Both the position numbers and the translations under genes were made by a program. Positions 15,473 to 20,388 of a DNA stretch of 20,388 bases are shown piece by piece. The stretch covers positions 1 to 20,388 of the forward strand of contig JBDRFG010000080.1 in the NCBI GenBank assembly GCA_043819135.1, given 5' to 3'. Position 1 is the stretch's first letter. Every line of letters starts with the position of its first letter. The stretch is from Candidatus Eiseniibacteriota bacterium (GTDB lineage Bacteria > Joyebacterota > Joyebacteria > Joyebacterales > Joyebacteraceae). The notes beneath the pieces are model-generated. The model made no database searches. It saw only the letters and a list, made by a program, of their open reading frames with translations, and had not been told where the DNA came from.

Positions 15473-18094
15473 CTATCTCACGACGTTCATCTTGGTCGCG
15501 GTCACCTTGCTCCCGGCTTCCAGCCGGAGGAAGTAGGTGCCGTTGGCGACAGCGCGTCCGGCCTCGTTCCGGCCGTCCCAGCGGACCTCGTGGTCGCCCG
15601 CGGTGCGCGGACCTTCCTCGAGCGTGCGCACCTTGTGTCCGGCAATGTCGTAAACCGCTAGTGTCACGTCGGACGGTCGGCTCAGCGAGAACGCGATGGT
15701 GGTCTCATGTCCGAAGGGATTCGGGTGGTTCCGGAGAGACACCACCGACTGGACCTCGTAGCCGTCATCTGGCACTCCCGTCACGTCGTTCAGATCGATG
15801 GAGTGAATCGACCTGCCGTGTGTTCCCGCGGCCAGGGTGCGAGTGGGCTGGTGGACCTTGAGGTCGAAGACCGGCACCGCGGGCAGTCCCGTTCCCACGA
15901 CGTTCCAGGTCGCTCCCTGGTCCATCGTGAAGAAGCAGCCGACGTCGGAACCCACGTAGAGGATCTCGGTGTGATCGGGATCGACGACCAGCGCGTTGAC
16001 CGGCGCGCCCGGCAGGTTGCCGGTGATGTCGGTCCACGTTGCGCCGGCGTCGTCGGTGCGATAGACGTAGCCGATGTTCTCGTTCCAGCGGAGGCCCGAG
16101 AACGTGGCGTAGGCGATGTCGGCATCGGTCGGGTCGACGGCAACCCGCGTGCACCACCGGTTGGGGAGCACGCCTGCCACGTCGGTCCAGTTCGCCCCGC
16201 CGTTCTGCGTGACCCACACGTGCGAGTCGTCGGTCCCGGCGTACACGACGTCCGGGTCAGTGGGCGCGACCGCGATCGTAGTCACGGTCCCGAACGTGCC
16301 GGCGCCGCCGTTCGTCAGGTCGCCGCTGATGGCGCTCCACGAGCTTCCCTGGTTGGCTGTCTTCCATACGCGGTACGTTCCAAAGTAGAGCATTTGCGGG
16401 TCGGACGGGTCCATGACGATGGGTGAGGACCAGTTCCTGCGGTCGTTGTCGTCCACGCCGGACAGAGCCCAGCCCCAGGAGTATCCGAAGTCGGTGGACT
16501 TGTAGGCGTTGCCCCACTGGTACTCGCAGAAGATGGTGTTGGAGTCCGTGGGGTCAACCACCACGAAGAACCCGTCGCCTCCGAAGATGCGCTCCCAGCC
16601 GTCGGGGTCGCCGTCGACCGTGCGAAGGGTGCCGTTGTCCTGCGTGCCGCCGTACAGGCGGTTCGGGTTCTGGTAGTCGATCTCGATGGCGTAGAACTGG
16701 TTCGTCGGCTGGTCGTAGAGCTTGGTCCAGCTGTCGCCGGAGTCGTTCGACACGTAGATGCCGCCGTCGTTGCCGTTGTAGATGCGGGACGGTGTCAACG
16801 GGTCGAACGCCATCGCGTGATGGTCGACGTGATTGTCCCAGCCGACCTCCTGCCACGAAAACCCGCCGTTCTCGGTTCGGTAGAACGGGACACCCATCAC
16901 GAAAACGCGCGTGTGGTCGGAGGGGTCGACGCGGACCTGGCCGAAGTACCAGCCGAACGAACTCGTCAGATTCGTCAGAGCGTCGTCGTTGGTCGGATTC
17001 CAAGTATCGCCGCCGTCCGTGCTCTTGTACACGCCGTAGAAGTACCCCGGATCGTCGCAGTAGAACGCGTGGACGATGTTCGGGCTGGACTCGGCGACCG
17101 AGATGCCGATGCGGCCCACGGTCGCGCCTGAGGGCAGCCCGTTCGTGAGTTCGGTCCAGGTGTCACCGCCGTCGTACGAGCGATAGATGCCGCTCGACGG
17201 GCCGCCCGAGCGCCGGTACGTGAGCCCGCGCATGCGCTCCCACATCGCGGCGTAAATGGTGTCGGTGTCAGTTGGGTGGATGGCCAGGTCGATCGCGGAC
17301 GTCGAATCCGTGAGCGCCAGGACCTTTTCCCACGTGTCGCCAGCGTCGAGCGTGCGGTAGACGCCTCGGTTCGAGTCCGCGCCGAACAGAGACCCGGCGC
17401 CCGCGACCCAGATGCGGTCCGAGTCGTTCGGGTCGACTATGACGCGGCCAATAAACCGTGTTTCCTCGAGGCCGATGTAGCTCCAGTTGGCGCCTCCGTC
17501 CGTCGACCTGTAAACGCCCTCTCCGAACCAGCTGTAGCTCGAGGAGTTGGCCTCGCCGGTGCCCACGTAGATCGTGTTGGGGTCGTTGGGGTCGATGGCG
17601 AGGTCGCCGATGGAGAGCACGGACTGGTCGTCGAAGATGGGCGTCCAGTTGATCCCGCCGTTCGTCGACTTGAACACGCCGCCGCTCGCCATGGCCGCGT
17701 AGACGACGTTGGTGCTCGTCGGGTGGACGTCGAGGTCGGTGACTCTGGCGCCGATGTTGGTGGGGCCCCGCTCGACCCACACGCCGCCTCTTCCCCCGGC
17801 CGTCTCCATCTCCATCACCCGCGCCTCGGCCCGCGCCTCCTTCAACTGCTCAAAGTTGATGCGGTCGTACGGGTAGGCTCGCTGGAGGGAGGCCCAATCG
17901 TTGGGGAAGGCCCCGGGCTCGTAGCGCTCGCCCCTCGCCACCATCTCGGCCTTCTTGTCCGCCTTCTGCGCGGCGATATCGACCGCGATCTCGTCAGCCG
18001 TTCTCGTGGCGGGCGCGGTCGTTCCCAGTAGCGACCATGCAACCGCGGCGACGACGGCCGCGGCAAGCACCGTGGACAGGATTCTGCGGTTCAT
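15473..18094 (-). CDS. Secreted Asp-box/BNR (VPS10/GH74-like) beta-propeller protein with C-terminal FlgD-Ig/T9SS-like domain, about 873 aa
   Basis: Signal peptide MNRRILSTVLAAAVV...; about 12 (S/T)x(D/N)xGxxW boxes; W..RGP.NIGAR, HVDHH, GGTQDNG, GGDGF, GTHGRS motifs; CTD NHPNPF...VYDIAGHKVRTL...WDGRN..G..VANGTYF; GGGAGG RBS before the ATG at 18094. Confidence 0.9.
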   Translation of the reverse strand: MNRRILSTVLAAAVVAAVAWSLLGTTAPATRTADEIAVDIAAQKADKKAEMVARGERYEPGAFPNDWASLQRAYPYDRINFEQLKEARAEARVMEMETAGGRGGVWVERGPTNIGARVTDLDVHPTSTNVVYAAMASGGVFKSTNGGINWTPIFDDQSVLSIGDLAIDPNDPNTIYVGTGEANSSSYSWFGEGVYRSTDGGANWSYIGLEETRFIGRVIVDPNDSDRIWVAGAGSLFGADSNRGVYRTLDAGDTWEKVLALTDSTSAIDLAIHPTDTDTIYAAMWERMRGLTYRRSGGPSSGIYRSYDGGDTWTELTNGLPSGATVGRIGISVAESSPNIVHAFYCDDPGYFYGVYKSTDGGDTWNPTNDDALTNLTSSFGWYFGQVRVDPSDHTRVFVMGVPFYRTENGGFSWQEVGWDNHVDHHAMAFDPLTPSRIYNGNDGGIYVSNDSGDSWTKLYDQPTNQFYAIEIDYQNPNRLYGGTQDNGTLRTVDGDPDGWERIFGGDGFFVVVDPTDSNTIFCEYQWGNAYKSTDFGYSWGWALSGVDDNDRRNWSSPIVMDPSDPQMLYFGTYRVWKTANQGSSWSAISGDLTNGGAGTFGTVTTIAVAPTDPDVVYAGTDDSHVWVTQNGGANWTDVAGVLPNRWCTRVAVDPTDADIAYATFSGLRWNENIGYVYRTDDAGATWTDITGNLPGAPVNALVVDPDHTEILYVGSDVGCFFTMDQGATWNVVGTGLPAVPVFDLKVHQPTRTLAAGTHGRSIHSIDLNDVTGVPDDGYEVQSVVSLRNHPNPFGHETTIAFSLSRPSDVTLAVYDIAGHKVRTLEEGPRTAGDHEVRWDGRNEAGRAVANGTYFLRLEAGSKVTATKMNVVR

Positions 18095-18174
18095 CGGTTT
18101 GTGTCCTCCCTTGCGACATCGGGACTGGTGGTGGATTCGGCTCTGTAGGACAGAAATCCTTGACACGTGCATAC

Positions 18175-18203
18175 ATTATACCCAATTGGGGTCCCGTTCT
18201 CCA
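18175..18203 (-). promoter_or_regulatory. Putative promoter of the propeller-protein gene
   Basis: Minus strand TGGAGA-N17-TATAAT; the spacer contains the palindrome CCCAATTGGG. Confidence 0.55.
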
Positions 18204-18406
18204 GTCCGGGCGCCCGGCGTGGGGTGAATCCCGTCCACGGTGTTGACGCGAGGTGACAGCGCACCGTCCGCCGCCTCTCGATTCGGCCCGCACTGTAGGC
18301 GTTTCCCGCTGTCGCCGGCATCTGGACTGCCACCTGCTCTGTCTGGATGCCGGCGGGCCGCGAGGGCGCCGCGTGACATGGGTGATGGGGAGGGGAGGTG
18401 TGTTGC

Positions 18407-19192
18407 ATGAAGCAGTCAGCTCTGGTTCTGGTGTTGCTCCTGAGCGTGGCGCCGGTCGCCTGGGGGCTCGAGGTCTGGAACAAGGTCGTGATCAACGAGG
18501 TCCACTACTACATGCCCGGGTTCGACGCTCACAACGAGTACATCGAGCTTCTGAACGCCGGGGGCACCGTCGCGTTCCTGGACGGCGCCGTCATCACGGA
18601 CGAGGGGGACGACGGCATGCCCGAGGCCGTCTTCCGGTTTCCCGGCAGCCACGGCGGCTATGAGATCCCCATCTGGCCGGGGGAGACCGTGCTGGTGGCC
18701 GTCGACGCGGTGCCCGGGGAGATCGAGCCAGACCTGTCCGGCGCGGACTGGGAGTTCGTACACCCCGGTGACGACAACGACAACCCGGACGTCCCGAATC
18801 TGATCCACGTGAGCGGCTCGAATTGCGACATCGCGCTGGCAAACAGCGGGGACGGGATTCTGCTGGCCACCGGCGTGGACACAACCGCGGCAGTCGACTG
18901 CTCTACGATCGTGGACGGCGTCAACTGGGGCGCCGTCCCAGACCCCGTCCCGATATCGTGGATCGATTGCGCGGACCCCCAGTTCGCCGACGGCGTCCCC
19001 CAGGGGAACTGCCTCGGGCGGTGCCCCGGGGGGCTGGACCACAACTGGAGCAGCGCGGCGGACTGGTTCATGATGGTGCCGACCCCCGACGGGCCGAACA
19101 TGCCGTCGTATCCCAGCGACTGCAGCACCGGGATCGCGTCTGAGGCAAGCTGGGGCGTGATCAAGGCGCTCTACAGGTGCCGCCGGGGCTAA
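18407..19192 (+). CDS. Secreted lamin-tail-domain / DUF4876-like protein with C-terminal SWGVIKALYR motif, about 261 aa
   Basis: Signal peptide; VVINEVHY...EYIELLN (LTD); FPG...I.PG...VA.DA and DLSGADWE...DNPDVPNL (DUF4876-like, from memory); LANSGDGILL, PTP.GPN; GGGGAGG RBS. Confidence 0.8.
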   Translation: MKQSALVLVLLLSVAPVAWGLEVWNKVVINEVHYYMPGFDAHNEYIELLNAGGTVAFLDGAVITDEGDDGMPEAVFRFPGSHGGYEIPIWPGETVLVAVDAVPGEIEPDLSGADWEFVHPGDDNDNPDVPNLIHVSGSNCDIALANSGDGILLATGVDTTAAVDCSTIVDGVNWGAVPDPVPISWIDCADPQFADGVPQGNCLGRCPGGLDHNWSSAADWFMMVPTPDGPNMPSYPSDCSTGIASEASWGVIKALYRCRRG

Positions 19193-19200
19193 CGTTCCCT

Positions 19201-19239
19201 CATACGGCTCTCGCCATACAGCTCTCACATACAGCTCTC
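19201..19239 (+). repeat. Three direct 12-bp repeats CATAC(A/G)GCTCTC
   Basis: Copies at 19201-19212, 19215-19226 and 19228-19239. Confidence 0.9.
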
Positions 19240-19243
19240 GCCG

Positions 19244-19272
19244 TTGACCTGCCGTCCCGGGCGCGGTACAAT
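19244..19272 (+). promoter_or_regulatory. sigma70 promoter for the acpS-like and acetate-CoA ligase genes
   Basis: TTGACC-N17-TACAAT. Confidence 0.72.
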
Positions 19273-19313
19273 CTGGCGATTCCGCTCGGATTGGCCGTGC
19301 AACGGAGACGTAC

Positions 19314-19691
19314 GTGGTCGTGGGCCTGGGTATCGATATCGTTGATCTGGAGGAGTTCCGCGCCGGGCTCAACGACAGCCGCGTGGACAGGTTGTATCTG
19401 CCCGATGAGGTCGGCTATGCGCGCACCCAGGCACGGTCGTGGGAGAACCTGGGCGCGCGGCTTGCCGCGAAGAGGGCCGTGTTCCGTGCGCTCGGTGCGG
19501 AGGTCGGCGGTGAGCCGGACTGGCACGACGTAGAGGTTCTGAGACGCGAGTCAGGCGAGTTGGACGTGCGGCTGACCGGGGGCGCGCTGGCGCTTGCAGG
19601 ACGGCTCGGGGCGCGCGAGTGCAGCCTCTCGATGACGCACACGAGGAGAACTGCACTCGCGGTCGCGATCCTCCAGGACGGCAGCAAGTGA
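19314..19691 (+). CDS. acpS: AcpS-type 4'-phosphopantetheinyl transferase homolog with a variant active-site motif, 125 aa
   Basis: GLGIDIV N-terminus; ARLAAKRAVFRALG aligns to RFAAKEA..KALG; WHDVEV, SLSMTH, A.AVAIL; GGAG RBS. Confidence 0.85.
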   Translation: MVVGLGIDIVDLEEFRAGLNDSRVDRLYLPDEVGYARTQARSWENLGARLAAKRAVFRALGAEVGGEPDWHDVEVLRRESGELDVRLTGGALALAGRLGARECSLSMTHTRRTALAVAILQDGSK

Positions 19692-19722
19692 CAGTACCCG
19701 GAGACACCCGAGGGAGGTAGTC

Positions 19723-20388
19723 TTGGGCAACATAGGCGCCTACGAAAAAAGACTCAAGGACTTCAGCTGGGACGTTGCGAAGGACGTCCTCGAGTGGCGG
19801 GAGGGCGAGCTTCTCAATATCGGGGCGATATGCTCCGACCGCGTGTGCGCGCGCGGGCACGCAGACAAAGTCGCGCTCATCTGGGAGGGGTTCGGGGACA
19901 GGACGGCCACCTACACGTTCGGGGACCTCAAGGTCCTCTCGAACGGATTCGCGCAGATGCTGGTCGACCAGGGCGTAGCTCCCGGCGACCGCGTCTGCCT
20001 CTTCATGGACAAGATACCGAGCCTCTACTTCGCCTTCCTCGGCGTCCTCAAGATGGGCGGAGTCGTTCAGCCGCTCTTCAGTGCCTTCGGCGACGAGTCG
20101 CTCGAGGTCAGGCTGGCAAGCGCCGGTACGAAGGCCATCCTGACGACACGCAGGCACGTCACGAAGGTGCGTAAGATACTCGACCGCCTGCCCGAGCTCA
20201 CGCACGTCATCGTGGTCGAGGGGGACGAGAGCAAGCTCAAGGACGGGGAGGTCTTCTTCGACGTCGAGAGCGCGCCGCGCGTCGAGGAGTTCGATTCGTA
20301 CCGGTCCGGCCCCGAGACTCCGTCGGTGCTGCACTACACCTCCGGCACGACCGGCCAGCCCAAGGGCGCGCAGCACGCGCACGACTCC
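19723..20388 (+). CDS. acsA: Acetate-CoA ligase / AMP-forming acyl-activating enzyme, 5' part running off the window
   Basis: Absent from the ORF track because it has no stop in the window. TTG after GGGAGG gives MGNIGAYEKRLKDFSW...LNIG...DR...ALIWEG...GDRVCLFM...PLFSAFG...LHYTSGTTGQPKG (AMP-binding P-loop). Confidence 0.88.
   Translation, partial: MGNIGAYEKRLKDFSWDVAKDVLEWREGELLNIGAICSDRVCARGHADKVALIWEGFGDRTATYTFGDLKVLSNGFAQMLVDQGVAPGDRVCLFMDKIPSLYFAFLGVLKMGGVVQPLFSAFGDESLEVRLASAGTKAILTTRRHVTKVRKILDRLPELTHVIVVEGDESKLKDGEVFFDVESAPRVEEFDSYRSGPETPSVLHYTSGTTGQPKGAQHAHDS

Overview
GC-rich, gene-dense bacterial chromosomal DNA. No mobile elements, CRISPR arrays, rRNA or tRNA genes were seen. The mix of C-terminal sorting signals (FlgD-Ig/T9SS-like domains, PEP-CTERM and a short SWGxIKALYR tail) suggests an FCB-group candidate lineage such as Ca. 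Eisenbacteria; this is inference. Genes from left to right: a DAK2-DegV (FakA/FakB-like) fusion; a PEP-CTERM protein (-); a LysR regulator followed by a redox module (monoheme cytochrome c, NapC/NrfH-like tetraheme cytochrome, 71-aa membrane protein, soluble NqrF-like 2Fe-2S/FAD reductase); a secreted S8 peptidase with three FN3 repeats and a CTD; a purine-catabolism operon (FAD subunit, fused 2Fe-2S/Mo hydroxylase, 8-oxoguanine-deaminase-like amidohydrolase); a secreted Asp-box/VPS10-like propeller protein with a CTD (-); a lamin-tail/DUF4876-like secreted protein with the SWG tail; an AcpS homolog with altered catalytic residues; and the 5' part of an acetate-CoA ligase. Best leads are the SWGxIKALYR candidate sorting signal, the orphan LysR-linked cytochrome/NqrF-like module with a palindromic T-N11-A operator, and the degenerate AcpS. 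All family assignments come from motif recognition by eye; no searches were run.
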